The notes: a model not told the origin generated them from the sequence alone. A stretch of 64,000 nt of DNA from Eledone cirrhosa (GCA_964016885.1 OZ024743.1:125860001-125924000); one strand, 5' to 3'; shown: positions 24,363 through 38,929, numbered from the stretch's first letter. Made by a program: numbers and translations.

Positions 24363-24480
24363 TTCAATATCAAATAAATCTCCCCTCCCCATAAAAATCC
24401 CGAAACTTTCAGAAAATATGTTATGATTTTCTTATTTTGTTGTTTCCCCATGCCTTCGGGCAAATCTCGAAAATACAAAC
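22600..24480. promoter_or_regulatory. CpG-enriched, repeat-free island; possible promoter or first-exon region
   Basis: Visibly more CG dinucleotides than the non-TE flanks, no recognisable TE, ATTGG boxes near 23340 and 24054, palindrome TCGAGCGCTCGA at 23968-23979, strong splice donors on both strands. Confidence 0.45.
22949..23209 (+). other. Candidate non-coding exon
   Basis: Acceptor GTTTCTTTTTTAG| at 22948 and donor AAG|GTGAGT at 23209; all three frames contain stops. Confidence 0.4.
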
Positions 24481-25147
24481 AGGAATATTATTTTTTATAT
24501 ATCTGTTGTATCGCAACATAGAAATAACAGTGAATAATAAATAACTGCAGTTCTCAGAATCCTAAATAGTCCTGCAAAGACAAATATTTATCATTCATCT
24601 GAAAACAGTTGATGATTATGAAGGGATGAATTATTAATGATCTGTTACACAATTTCATTTTTATTTATAAGCACCATTATTCAATGTGCCTAAAAACAGA
24701 AAACTATTCATGTGCTGAATATAGAAACATTAGATAGACATCTAGTTTGAATGTTAATAATAATTCAGCAGAGACCAGTAAAATGGAGTGAGAATCTTGT
24801 AAATTGGGTTGAATCAGCTGACATCATATTATGATATCATAGTTTAGTTGTGTTGTTTTTCTGTTTCCAGGTGGCATAGTCTTAGAAGGGAAACTGCATA
24901 TATGGCCAGGCTGGTAGAATAGAGAATAACCAACTGTTGGGTTGGTGATTTCGTATCCTATTACAGATGTACAATATCCACAACCGAGACATTTAGCACT
25001 CAGTAGCCTAGTCTAAGTCGCTATAAGGAGATACTAAAAACTGGTATAATTAACCATTCTAAGCAATGACAGTACTATGCTACTGATGAGTGTTTCATTT
25101 GCTTGCAATGTCAAAAAGGTTTTTGGTACCTCACACAAGTCTGTGAA

Positions 25148-25380
25148 AGTGTGTAGTCTAGTGGTTAGTGTGCTAAGCTTACTATTGTAAAGTTGTGGGT
25201 TCAATTCCCATACTGGCTAACATAGTCTTGTGTCGTTGCAGTTACTCTAGTTCACTCAGCTGCTAAGTGAGTACCTACAGCTTTGTGGTTAACCTTGTGA
25301 TGAACTGGCATCCCATTCTAGATTCCATGTGCCGAGAGTAAATGACTCCCTCTCAATCATTGGCACATGGAATCTAGGCC
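25148..25380 (+). mobile_element. Older tRNA-headed SINE
   Basis: AGTCTAGTGGTTAG ... GGGTTCAATTCC head; related copy at 45840-46065. Confidence 0.65.
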
Positions 25381-26019
25381 TGAAAAAGATTGCATTTTAT
25401 TTATTCATTACAAGTCTAATTTTTATGTGCAAATGTACCATGGTTTCAGATAGTGCAAGAGCTTTTATTTCATTTTTTAAATAATTCTTCAAATTTTTTT
25501 TTTTTGCAAACTTTTGGAGCAACTACTTTTGTTAGTGGTTTTCTACTAAATTATGAATTTAGAGTGCTACTTTCATTTAGGTAGATTTAGGCATATGTCA
25601 TTGTATGTTAAAGTTTGACCTGATGACATTTGTGATCAGTAATCTACTTCAACTTTTACAGTAACTTTGAGAATATTTGTTGTAGGGTATTACTACCTCT
25701 GTTGACAACAAAGGAATATTTTCTATGAGCAAAAAAGGTAGCTGAATGGTGTCCACGTGAGAAATGTGATGTTGCCTGACAATGACTCATGGGTGATAAA
25801 TGCAGAGGATATGAAACGAGCATACTCTATTGGATGTGTAATGTTAGTGTGCATGAACAATGAGATGTGAATGAATAGAGAGAAAAGCTGAGTATAAAAG
25901 GAAAAAAGAGAAGACTGCACTGATATAGTGTACAAGAGAAGACTGCACAGGCATATGGATGATGAATGCTGACCAAATATTCACATTGTGGTAGGTCTTC
26001 GAAAAATCGGGGGAGTATT

Positions 26020-27070
26020 GCCAAGAGGTATATTCTTGTTTTGTCGACCTTGAAAAGGCATATGACTGTGTTCTTCAGGATCCACTGTGGAAGGTTCTGC
26101 AGGAGTATGGGATTGATAGTCAGCTTCTTGCTACCCTAATGTCTCATGCCCAAGTATTTGTGTTCGGATAAATGGTGCTAAATCAAGACCATTCAATGTG
26201 GGAGTCAGACTCTGCCAAGGGTGTGTACTGTCACCTCTCCTGTTCATTATTTCCATGAACAGGATTGACATGCGCAGCCAGGTTGGAAGTGGTACCATGA
26301 CTGGTGGGTGTAACATCAGTCGGCTGGAATTTGCAGATGACATGGTGTTACTTAACTCGACAGAAGGTGATCTTCAACTTGCACTCGATAGGTTTGATGC
26401 TGAGTGTGGCATAGCTGGAATGAAAATCAGTGCTGAGACACTCGTAATCTCAAGGAAGCCTACGCAGTGCACCCTACATGTAAGTGGAGTTCCACTGAAG
26501 CAGGTAAAGAAGTTCAAGTATCTTGGGGCCATGTTCACAAGTGATGGAAGACAGGAGGCTGAATTAAGTGCAAGAATTGCAGGAGCTGGTGCAGTAATGC
26601 GCCAGCTTCAGTAATCAGAAGGGAGGTAGGCATAAAAGCCAAACTCGCTATCTTCTACCTATGGTAATGACCGAAAGAATACGATCGCAAATACAGTTGG
26701 TCAAAATGGGTTCCTCCGAAGGGTTTTTGGAGTAACGTTACTCGATAGAATCCATAGCTCGGAGATCAGAGAGCCATTCCAGGTAGAACCGCTACTTCTC
26801 CAAATTGAGAGATCTCAGCTCCAATACTATGGGCATATTAGAATGTCTCAGGAAAGTATCACTGGACAGATTTTACGGGCAAAACCAACTGGTAGGAGAC
26901 CCAGGGGTAGACCCCAAGCAAGTTGGTTGGATAACATCCATGAGCTTGGCTGGTCTCACTTGGGATCCATCTGGATCAACTAGGATGGTTGTTTCTGACA
27001 GGACCCACTGGAAGAAGTGTTTGAGGATTCTGCCCCCACAACCCTCTCAGAAATAAGTGGGTGAAGAAGA
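26020..27070 (+). mobile_element. Decayed RTE-clade (Expander/Rex3-like) LINE 3' half
   Basis: FVDLEKAYD, LWKVLQEYGI, QGCVLSPLLFII, LEFADDMVLL, FKYLG, GRRPRGRP motifs. Confidence 0.85.
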
Positions 27071-30000
27071 CGACAAATTCGATCCCATTGCACAGCCCTC
27101 TATGAGCTGTAGCAACAATATTTATAGATGTATGCTCTGTAAAGTGGTTTGTACTAGGGATGGCATCCAGCTGTTGAAACACACAACTTGTCTAGTACGA
27201 CTATGACTCCAAATGAGAACTGATTTGGACTGTGATGTCCAAAGGAAAGCAGGCGTAAAATGATGTTATGTATGTAAGTGTTGGTATGAGCATCTAATGT
27301 AAATGAATCCTATGCTGGATGAAAGACTAAATCTGCAGTAAATGAAGTTCTTAGAAGACTTAGAAAGAATTAGGTAGATCAGATGTTAGACATCACAGAT
27401 GAGATTACAAAAGAGACACCGAGAGAGTTACAGAACCATAGACTTAACTGATACCAACATGGAAAAATTAGACTTTAAATGCTAATCAGATTATTTCAAT
27501 ACTCTCCTCTTTTGTTAAGGTAGATCATCTCAGTTACTGTCATCACTTTGTCTTTTGTCAACTTTTCTTGTAAATCATTTCCTTTCAGGTGGTATATGCT
27601 ATTTCATGCCAAATTTCCATTAGTCTACTTCATTTGAAATTCCGATTATCATTAATCTCTAGCTTTAATTTGCTTATGTATTCTTTCTTTCCAAGTGACC
27701 ATACTACCTATGTGATGTGAGCATGTCAATGTAAATTTCTCTCATATATCATTTAGGTTTAGGTGTGAGAAAGGTCTATATACATTGTAAATGATCCAAC
27801 TCCTGTAAAACGGCTTCAACTTCAATTTGTAGATGGGAATTCATTTTCTAAGTCCACTGTTATTTTGCAAACTTGAGCTGAGGTTATATTACAACTTTCT
27901 GCTTAAACTAATTTGCTTTCTATTTTCAAGAAATCCATGGGAAAAATTGTTTGTTTTACATACAGTTTAGTTCATTATCTGTATTGAGGCTTATTCAGTG
28001 TTTTAATTTTTCTTTTATATCTAGGTATACCCATAAAGTTCACAAGAATAGTTAATACATTATTTAAAAAAGACTGATATGTTTTAAGTTAGAGGGATTT
28101 TATTTCAAATATGTTGGAAAAAGCTTTTTCACTGTAAACTAAATACAATCACCTTTTTGCTGAAAAATATAATTCTAAAAGATAAACGCTAAAAGCTATG
28201 ACATAAAATCCTGAGAACAGATGTCTCAAAGCAGTGCACCCTCACCTGTAAAAGCACAAAATCTTTGCAGGGTCACACATCCAGGCAGCATGAGCTCTAA
28301 AAAACTCACTTAACTGGCACTTTAAATGAAGCTAGAAACCATATGTGCTCTACTGTCCCAGAATCAATCTTATCTACAGACACACAAAAACATTAGTTAA
28401 GTAACCATTACTGATGGACAAACAACTTTGCCTTTCAACCTTACGGGGTCGATAAAATAAAGTACCAGTAATGTACTGGGTAATTGCTGGCCTTGTGCCA
28501 ATAGTAGAAACAATTATTATCATTTAACATCCTTTTTCCTTGCTATTAACCACATATGTAACTAGCATAATGGATATTATTTAAGCTGAAATATGTGTTT
28601 ACTGGATTGATTTTTAACTTTTTTTGGCTGTATTGTATGTCATATGATATGTCGTATTTGTTCTGGTTCTTGGCACTTTATATTCAAAAACTGTTGTGGC
28701 CCCCTATTTGGGTGGTAGACTATATCCATTGCCAAGTTTAAAAGTACCACCTGGCTTTTGAGTACCTTTAATGGAGTTCAGGCTGTTACAAGCATTCAGG
28801 CCAGGTCTCTTGTCTGACAATAACTTCCTCCCTCTTGACTGTCTTGGCCCTGAAAAAGGTCATGGGCATAGTCCTTCTCTCTCTGATAAAACAGTGAAAA
28901 AAACTTTTTGGTAGTGTCTTTTAACTATTTTCTTATGTGCTGAAGATTGTTAAAATTATTTTATTAAAGATACATGATATAACTGGGGCCCCTGTAATTA
29001 AATTACCCAAGAATCCTCCAATGAGATTTAACATCATAGGCTGGCTAAAGCTACTTGGATGTGAGCCATAACAACAGAAGCAGCAGTACTAGGATTAGTG
29101 AATGATTACTGAATTCATTTGCTTATTGTGCATTTACAGATTAGATTAAGTATGAAATTACAAAAGAAAATGCACTGGTTTCAATTGTAACATGATAGGA
29201 GTGTGGCTCCCTGTTATTAATATACCCCAAAACCTATTAGTTGCAGCCTCATATAAAGCTGTGTGGAAGCAGCATGGCTGAATCATAAAGAGGTTTGTTT
29301 TGCAATCATTAGGTTCCGGGTTTGATCCCACTGCATGGCATCTTGGGCAAGTATCATTTATCATAGCCTCAAGTCAACCCGTGTCTTGTGAGTAAAATTT
29401 GGTAGAGGGAAATTGTTTGGAAGCTCATCCGATGGACTGTACTTGTAATTCAAAGGGCCAGCCTTGTTACACACTGTCATGCTGAATCTCCCTGAGAATT
29501 ATGTCAAGAGTACTGTCTGCAGAATGCTCAGCCATGTACATGTTAATTTCCTGTGTGGACTGTTCTGTTATCAAACAGTTGGAACAGTTGTTGTTGAAAC
29601 CGACTGAGGTGGGGTCCATAGGAAGCTGACAAAACTTGTGTGGGTGTTAACTGTAATAACAGCAACATTTTCAGTCATAACAATTTCATAAGGTATGTGA
29701 TAATTTCATGAAATCTTGATTAAGTGGTTTCCTTGCTCTAGCTATTAAAGAAAGGGTGGAGGACTATCCCTGGAGGTATCTAAACAATTGCATAAAGAAT
29801 ATAATTTAAGGCTTAGTGGTGAGGATTAAACTACAAACACTATATCTAACAACCACTAATATCCAAAAGCCAACAAGGAAGCTTAAAAATAGCAGCTAGA
29901 TCTCCCTCAAAATTATATATCCAATAAAAAAAGGCAAAAGATCAGACCAAAGTAACTATGTTTCTATTAGTTTTTCAATTGCTGATACTATCTGCCGGTT

Positions 30001-31169
30001 GCAACTCCTGGCAGAAGAAGGTAGGATTTGGACTCAGAATATGCTGATCAGATACCACATCATATTCTCCCTGATTTTTGTCAATACTGGATTGACACTT
30101 TATTTATTGATCCCAAAAAGATGAAGTTCAAAGTTGATCACAGCAAGATTTGAGTACAGAGAGCCAGAACAAATATTGAGGTATTTAATCTGCACTCTAA
30201 TGACTCTGCCAATTTGCTGCCTATATACCCTATAGTCTTAAAAAAGGAAAGGACACATTGGATAATTATTCTTAGATACACAGTCTGAAAAATAAAACCT
30301 GGAAGGTCACGGCTAGAATACCTTTGATCATAGGATTGCTTGAACAGGGTTGACCTGGGGCTAAACAATGATATCACTAATATCCTCTCATTAAGACTCC
30401 CACTTAGTACACATTGACATGACTGCTTCACAAAAGCTGGATCTCCTCTTCAAGGCCATATATAATTAATTCAGTTCACCCATCTGGGGTGGTGGTAGTG
30501 GTGGTGGTGTGCTAATTACACAAATACACATTGTAGACTACATCATACTCAAATAGGGCTGCTAAAATAACATGATAGCTATTTTTAATTGAATAACATT
30601 TTTGAAGTTCAACAATAAAAATAGAATGAAATAATGCTATATTTAGATTCAATCTGTCTCTCATGTCTATAATAGAATTGTTGAGAGGTTGTTTACAAAC
30701 TACATTATGTAATATTAGTAGACCCATGACATCAATAATGATGACAATAGCATTGAACGGTATTTAAAATTTGAATCCGGGATGTCATATATATTAGGAT
30801 TACTGGATATATAAACAAGCATACAAACTAGGGAATTTTGGCTTTTCATAAATTAATAGTTTGTGTAAGAAAACCCCTATAGTTTATGTTGATTACTGAT
30901 ACATGGAAATGATTAAAGATAAGAATGATATTTTAATCATTAATTTCTAGGATATAATTACATAAATGTTCAGCATATATGTGCAAATGACATACAGGAT
31001 TAAATGTATTGAGTAATTTTAGAGAAATTACTCACAGGGACAAATGTAGAGTTAGAAGCTAGGACATTGTGATTGGAAAGCAAACTGCTTTTTGAAGCAA
31101 CATGACTGAAATAGGAAATGAATTGTGTGTATGTTTATGTGTGTACATTTTAAATAATTAGAGACACAT

Positions 31170-31795
31170 TCATCATTATCATCGCCTTTACGCTCAATTT
31201 TCCATGCTTGCATAGGTTGGACTGGTTCTTTTCAGTACAGCACTGCATTCCTTCGTCATCTTTTTTCACCACCTCTGCCCAGATCTTTCTAGGTTTACCT
31301 TTACTGCAGCTTCTCTCCACTGGGATTTTCTGGCACTTCTTCACCCAGCGATCATCATCCATGCGCATCACATGTTCATACGCAGTGTTCTCTCCTCTTA
31401 AACTCAGTTTCTCCCTCAGTTCATACAAGCTCTGCCTTTCTCTCACATTTACATTGCACATCCAACAAAGCATGGTTGCTTCATTTGTCTTCAGTCTACG
31501 TATGTCCTCTGCAGTCACAGCTCATGTTTCACCACCATGCAGCATTGCACTTCGCACACAGGTGTCCTTTTGTACATAGGGAGAGACCTTTAGTTGTCAA
31601 ACTTCCATTCTATCCTTATTCTAGCTATTATGCTCTCAGAGCACCCTCCTCTGCTGCTGATTAAGTCACTGAGATAGAAGCTATTAACCAGTTCTATGGA
31701 TCCTTCATGTGATTGGAAAAGGTTTATATCCCTGATGCTTTCCCCCTTGATTATCCCTGTGCATTTTCTACATACAAAAGTCTTCCCTTCCTGTC
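31170..31795 (-). mobile_element. Decayed RTE 3' fragment
   Basis: TAEDIRRLKTNEATMLCWMCNVNVRERQS...HVMRMDDDRWVKKC; homologous to 12400-13100. Confidence 0.85.
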
Positions 31796-32064
31796 TATAT
31801 ACATATATATATATATACACACACAAACACACATGGCATATTATGATTGTAACAATCATAATTATTAATTATAGTTATCATCGTTATTACATTAACCTTG
31901 TGATTTTTCTAATCACAATTATAATAATTATTTCATTATTTCATCAATGTCATCATTTTTACATTTACTTTTTCATACTGGCATGGGTTGGATGAGACTT
32001 TTTCAAGCCGTTTTGCTAAGGTTGGATGCCCTTTTTGATGCCAACCCATACCATATTATATTAA

Positions 32065-34560
32065 CTTTGCCTTTACGGTCGGTACATCGACGACTGCATC
32101 GGAGTCACGACCCTCACCTGAGAACAGCTCGACTCCTTTCTCTCCTTCTGCTCCTTCCACCCATCCCTCCACTTCACCACCTCTATCTCCACCACCCACG
32201 TCCACTTCTTGGACATCTCCATCACCATCAACCGCTCCCTCACCACCTCCGCCTTCTTCAAACCCACCGACTCCCATTCCTATCTTGACTTTACCTCCTC
32301 CCACTCTACACACACCAAACATTCCATTTCCTACTCCCAACTCCTCTGGATCCGCCGCCTCTGAAGCTGAGATGCTGACTTCGAGACTCAGGCCCTGTCT
32401 CTGGTCTGCCATTTCATCCGGAGAGGTTACCCCCCCCCCCCCCCCCCCCTCCTTCGTCCACACCGCCCTCACTCACGCCTGCGCAGTCCACCACTCCACC
32501 GCCCTCACCCCATGCCCCCGCGCCCCCACCCACCGTCTCCCCTCCCCCCTCACTTACCACCCCTCAACCCTACCCCTTCACTGCATCATCCTCTGCCTCT
32601 TCCGACGCCTCCAGTCTGACCCCTCCACCTCCCCTACTTCCCATCCCTACCTTCCCCTCTTTCAAACGCGTGCGCGCAACCCCCCCCCGGCTTCCTTCCC
32701 TGCTCCAGCCCTTGCAGCCAATACTATCACCAATACTACCACCTTCCAGGGTCCCATGGCCACTCCCTCTCTGTCCGTCATGCCATCCGCTGCACCTCTT
32801 CCAACCTCGTCTACGGACTTCGTACTTCTGAGATATTCGTCTCGGCGGGAGTTCCCCCATCGCCCACCACTTTGGTTCCCCTGGACATTCCCCCCACCAC
32901 CTCATCGTCTGTGATATGATCCAATGCCATGGGACCTCTGCCACCCGCCTTAGGGTCGAGCAACACACCATCTTCACCCTACAGACCCCCCCTCCCGACC
33001 TGAACCCCCCCCCCCCACCTGAACTCCCCACCCCTCTTCCTTTAGCTTTCGACCGTCCCCCTCCCCTACACACACCACCTACTAACACCACAGTCCCCTC
33101 CACTTCCAGCTATCTCCCCACCCCCTTGGCCCACACCCTCAACACGCACACACCCACCAGTAGATATATACACTCACACTATTCACACACTCTACCTCCA
33201 CCACTAACCCCCACCCACACATCCACATCCGACCACCCCACCACTAATAATACTAAATATCCCCAACCCATCTTCCCCCTCACCACACACACAGGAACAC
33301 ACACCATCACACATACCCCCCCCCCCCCCGATACACCACACCCCACTACCACTACTAACCCCCACTCACACACTCGCATTCACCCCCCCCACCAATAATA
33401 CTAACACCCACTCTCCCACACACACACAAACACGCACACACAAACACACCAGTACATTACACTCACTCATACTGTCCCCAGCACTACTAAACCCCCACCC
33501 CCCCCCCACCCCCCCACCCACCCACACACATCCCACTAACACCCCCACTAATATACACACAAACCCCCCACACACCGCCACCCTCTCCCCCAACCTTTCA
33601 CACATACCCATCCCCTCCCCTGTCCACCGCACCTCCGCACACACACATTCCACACCACATACAGACTATTTCTAACACCTTTCCGGCTGCCTTCCTCCCT
33701 ACCACTGCCTGCTTGTCACCTTCCTACTGCTATCCCCTTCCTCCCTCCCACATCCTTCGCCTTGCCTTGACCCTCTGACCACTTCCTGTTGTGCACGCAC
33801 CCCACAACTCTCTACTTCCTCATTACCATACCAAGGATTCTACACCACTGGTCCATCGCTCCAGGCATCCACCCTGTTATACTCGGAATTTTCAACATCC
33901 ATTCCTATACTCTGTGGGAGAACATCCAGGAACATGCACACAAACACACACAAACACTTACACTATTTTCGCACACACGCATCCCAACCATACATCCACA
34001 CCACACAAAAACACACGTGCATATCCTCACATACACACACTTGGTCTCCAGACTCCATACGCCCCCTCTCCCCACCCCCTCTGACCCCTCTCCATCCACA
34101 CACACACACACTGACTTACACTCCACCCCATGTACACACTGGTTTTCCTATTACCCGAACATGGAACCTCGTTCTTCCTGAAACTCACACTCACATCCAC
34201 ACATACACACACACACGTACACCTACACACATACACACACCACCTTCCACCCTCCCCGCTCGGAGCCCCTGTCTCCATCTCCCCTCTCCCCACTCCCTCC
34301 ACCCACGACCACCCCGCACACCTCACACCCTTTCACCACTTGTTTCATTTTAATTTTTTTTACCCTCTAACCCCTCCCCCCTTTTTTAATGTCTTTCCAC
34401 CACCACTCCTCACACCCTCGGAACTCTTTTCCTGCCCACTTTTCTCCGGATGAAGGGTTTATGCCCGAAACGTCGTCCCCCACCCCCCACTCTCAAGCGT
34501 GAATCTAATACTAACACCTTGTACTGCACTCTTCGCTTTGTTTTTGTTTTGTTTTAACTA
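32065..34560 (+). mobile_element. Decayed Penelope-like element (RT C-half, thumb, partly deleted GIY-YIG, long C-rich 3' UTR)
   Basis: Plus frame from ~32070: LYGRYIDDCIGV...HPSLHFT...VHFLDISI...FKPTDSHSYLDFTSSH...SISYSQLLWIRRL (PLE RT YIDD and thumb motifs), later CTSSNLVY and PIAHHFGSPGHS...EQHTIFTLQT; stops and frameshifts present. Confidence 0.88.
34443..34476 (+). ncRNA. Degenerate minimal hammerhead motif in PLE pseudo-LTR
   Basis: C(G)GATGA-A-GGG-tttatg-CCC-GAAA-CGTC. The core U4 is replaced by G and stem I is poor, so it is probably inactive. Confidence 0.55.
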
Positions 34561-37500
34561 TAATATATATATATATATATGTATGTATATCATCATCATC
34601 ATTTAATGTCCATTTTCCACATGAGCATGGGTTAGACATGCTGTCCCGTTGTGAAACAGCCAGGTTGGAGGATCATGTTTTGCTCACATAGAACTGATGT
34701 TGGCTTGGTTTCTACAGCTGGATGCCCTTCCTAATGCCAACCACATTTACAGTGTGTACTGGGTGCTTTTTGTCATGACACTTACATGGCCACATTACAG
34801 TGTGGACTGGGTGCTTTTTATCGTGACTCTTACACGACCACTTTATAGTCACCAAGAAGACCACTTTTCAGTGTGGGCCGGGTACTTTTTGTCATGACGC
34901 CTACATGACCACTTTACAGTGTAGTTCAGCTATCAATTATTGTGCATATTGTCAATTTACTTTTCAATTTACGTATCATATGAGTGGCTGGAAGTAAACA
35001 AAAATTCAAGAAACTTGTTGAAACTTAACATAATGGAAACTCATTGCTTAATGGAGTTGTGAAACAAAAACTGTACTCTAAATGACTCTTAAGTGTCCAT
35101 CTACCAAATTTATTCACAAGCATTGATTGGTCAGCCATGGAATAAATTTCCACTGCTTCAATCTGAATGGATGAGGTTTACTCACTCCTACAGTATATAA
35201 ATGGAATATACTTATATACTTATGAAGTTGCACCTTTTTTCTATGAAAATGTATGTGAAAAACCAGCATTTGACTTCCATACAGGACCTAATAAACCACA
35301 ATTCAAAATATATGGTATAATATAAATATTGGAAGTAAAATATTGGACCTATACATGAGAATATATGCTAATAACATTTCTCTTTCCTCTTTCTTTTTTT
35401 AATGTTTGTTTTCCATGCTGGCTAAGGGTGGATGGGTGACCAGTGACCATATCAGTATTTAATCAAAGCCACTTGTCTCTCAGATGATCCTGGGTCACAT
35501 CTCACCTATATATGTTCCTATGCATTTTATTGTGGCACCAACACTAGGAAGGTTGTCATGTCTTTGACACAACTGAAGAGTCCTCTTTATCTTTTGTTTG
35601 GCAAGTTTTCTACAGCTCGTTGTCCTTCCTAACACTAACTACTTTACAGAGAGCACTGGGTGTGTTTTATATCACCAACTCTAGAGAGGTGGTTGTGCCC
35701 TTGTTGCAACTGAAGAGTCCTTTCAACACTTTTTTTGTATGGTTTCTACAGTTGAATGCTCTTCCTATCACCATCCCCCTTATAAGGTGTATTGGGTGCA
35801 CTTTTCAAGACACCAGCACTAGTGAGGTTGTTGTGTCATGACTGAATGTTCCTCTCAACTCTTTTTGACATGGTTTCTATGGCTGGAAGCCCTTCCTAAC
35901 ACCAACCATATTACAGAGTGTACTGAGTATATTTTATCATGGCTCCAGCAAAATGAATTTCATTGGTATTAGGAATGGCATCCAGCTGTAGAAATCAAGC
36001 CAGATCAGTTCCTGTATGACCAAGGCATGGTCAGCCAACCAGACACTGCCCACAACAGGACAACCCGTCTAACCCATGCTAGCGTGGAAGAACGGACGTA
36101 AAACGGTGATGATGATGATGATGATAGGTGTAAATGGTGGATTGGCAGAATTGATTGAGAGGTAGAGGTAGTATTTAGTATTGTCTTTTTAATGTCCACA
36201 TCTTTTCCCCCCAAGCCCCTCCACCTTCCCTAGTCTCCACTGTGTTGTGTCGGTGACACAACAAAGGTACCCAGTCCACACTGTAAAGAACATCCAGCTC
36301 ACACTGTAAAGTGATCGTGTAGGTGTCATGACAAAAAGTACTCAGCACGCACTGTAAATGTGGTTGGCATTAGGAAGGGCATCCAGCTGTAGAAAACCAG
36401 CCCTAAAACACCCAGCCCACACTGTAAAGTGGATGTGTAAAAGACACAGGAAAAAGCACCCAGCACACACTGTCAGTGTGGTTGGCATTAGGAAGGGCAT
36501 CCAGCAGTAGAAAACCAGCCAGAAACTCCTATATGAGTGAGACACAGTCACCTGACCCAAATTGCCTCTAATTGGGACAAACCCGTCTAACCCATGTTAG
36601 CATGGAAGATAGACGTTAATCGACAATGATGATGATGATATGTTCTTAGTTCAAAACCTGTTGAAATTGACTTTCATCCTTCTAGTGGTTGATGGAATAA
36701 ATACTAATGAAGCACTGTGATCGATGTAATCAACTCTTCCCTTCCCTCCAAAACTTGTGGCTTTCTGCTCATGCTAGAAATCATTATTGTAATCATAAGG
36801 GTGGTGAATTGACTGTATCAGTAGAGCGTCGGACACCATGCTTCACTTCATAGAGTAGTGGCCTTTTATGTTCAAATCCCGCTGAGGTTAGCTTTGCCTT
36901 TCATCCTTACGGGGTCAATAACTAAAACACTAGTAAATCACTGGGGTTGATTTAATCGACTTTCTCCTCCTCTTCAAATTGCTGGCCGTGTGCTGAAAGT
37001 AGAAACAATTATTGTAATCATAGGAGTACAGATGTAGAGAAAGAATATGGAAAATTCATTTTTTTAAAGGTTAAAGGAGATTAAAGATGAAACCAATTTT
37101 ATGTTATTTTGAGGGAGATTATTTACTTCAACTTTTAACTTCCTGTTTCTAATGATTCTCTTTCTTTTCATATGAGTAACTTTTATTCATTTTGCCTATT
37201 TTGTACAGTTATAATGTATCTGGAATTTCAAAATTATCCTTTTATTTCTTTATATACAGATTTTTAAAAAAATATTAAATTGAGCATATGGAGTGAAGAA
37301 ATAGTATGTAACCATTTTTTCCAAGATAGGAAAATCAAAATATATTCTGTTTTACTTGCTTTTTTAACTAGTGTAGTTTTATATAATGAGATGCAGTTGC
37401 AGCATCATTAAGATTATTTGCGCATCAGGAATTGGTTAAATTTGTAACTAATAAGCCAATTTATTTTCCTTTGAGAAAACTAAGATAATTTTTCTGTTCA

Positions 37501-38929
37501 TCTGTTTAGTTCTTCAAATTTCTGCCATACGAAATATTTTTTCCTTGCTTGCATACGTTAGACGAATGAATATTTATTATATGAAATTTTAACTATTATA
37601 TTAGTATACTCTGTAAAGTGGTTGGTGTTAGGAAGAGCATCCAGCTGTAGAAACCATGCCAAAAATGGAATGCATGAATGGGACATGATCCCCTTACCCA
37701 TCTAGAAGGACATTAATTCTGATGAAGAATGAGAGGAGGTTTTAGGTGGGTGGGTTGGTATCAAAAGGGCTAAAGTGTTTCTGAAATCTGATGTTCCATA
37801 TGTCATCTAATATAGATAATCTGTCATTGAAAAATGTAATCTTTCCTCCTTTACTTTTCTCTTCATATCTCCTTGCAGCTGCTATATTTTCTTCTCCTCT
37901 TGGCACTTTAACCTTTTTGATAACTAGCTGCTTGAAACTGCCTCTGGCTCTGTTACAAAACTGTTTGTTTTAAAATGTTTATATTAAATCATGAGAAAGT
38001 TAGTTATATAAAATCTCTCCAAATTCTTGGAGAATTTATAAATTATTTGAAATCCATAGGCAGTGTCTTTCATTAGAAACATGGTAACAAAAGGGTTAAA
38101 CACATATTCACGCACATTTTTTTTACTGTTTTGTCATGATGGTATGCTAATATCCATAACCCTTTTGGGGGCTTCTAAGACTGGTGGAAAGGAAGGAAGG
38201 TGTCCACAAACTGGAGTCATAGCCCAAATGCTTGCATCAAACTAGACATTGCTAAAGGCAACCAAATGCTATGTGGTGGTATTAAACTGTAGGTCAGTCA
38301 GTCAGTTATTTTATGGCTCATTAAACAACAATTGCCAGATATATACAAATGTTTTCACCCATGTCTATAACCTATCATTAATATTTTATTTTTTTACAAG
38401 TTAGGGAATAATGTAAATAGTTATGTTTTCAGAAGAAAAATACAATGTTGGTAGTAATTAGGTATGAAAGTAAACTAATCTATGCAGTCAAGAAAATATT
38501 GTCAAGTGCTGGAGTTGATTTAATTGACTTTTCTGTTTGTCCAAAAATTGTTGACCTTGTACCTAAATTAGAAACCTGTCAACACCCACTGTGCAGAGGA
38601 CTGGGCATGCTATGGCTGATGATGCACAGACACACGCTGAAGCTACGACATCTCCAGCTTTTCCTGAAAGGTGAATAAGTGAAGTCACCAAGGCATGTTT
38701 TTTCCCAACATTGTGCCTAACTCAGAAATCATCATCTCTTGAATGCTGGCAGATCTTCAACAAATGTCTCAAATAATTTTGGTGAAAACATTCAATCAAA
38801 TCAATTTCTCATGTTTTTGATGGGTAGTCCATGTTTTTTTATGCCTAAAGAAGTGTTATAATAGGAACGTATGTCTCATAAACACCTGACTTAGTACTTA
38901 TATATATATCCCTTTGTAACCACATGAAC

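Noticed and set aside
32285-34453. Pro/Thr/His-rich ORFs resembling extensin or mucin
   Set aside because: Alternate frames of the C-rich PLE sequence; the meaningful frame is the broken RT/GIY-YIG.
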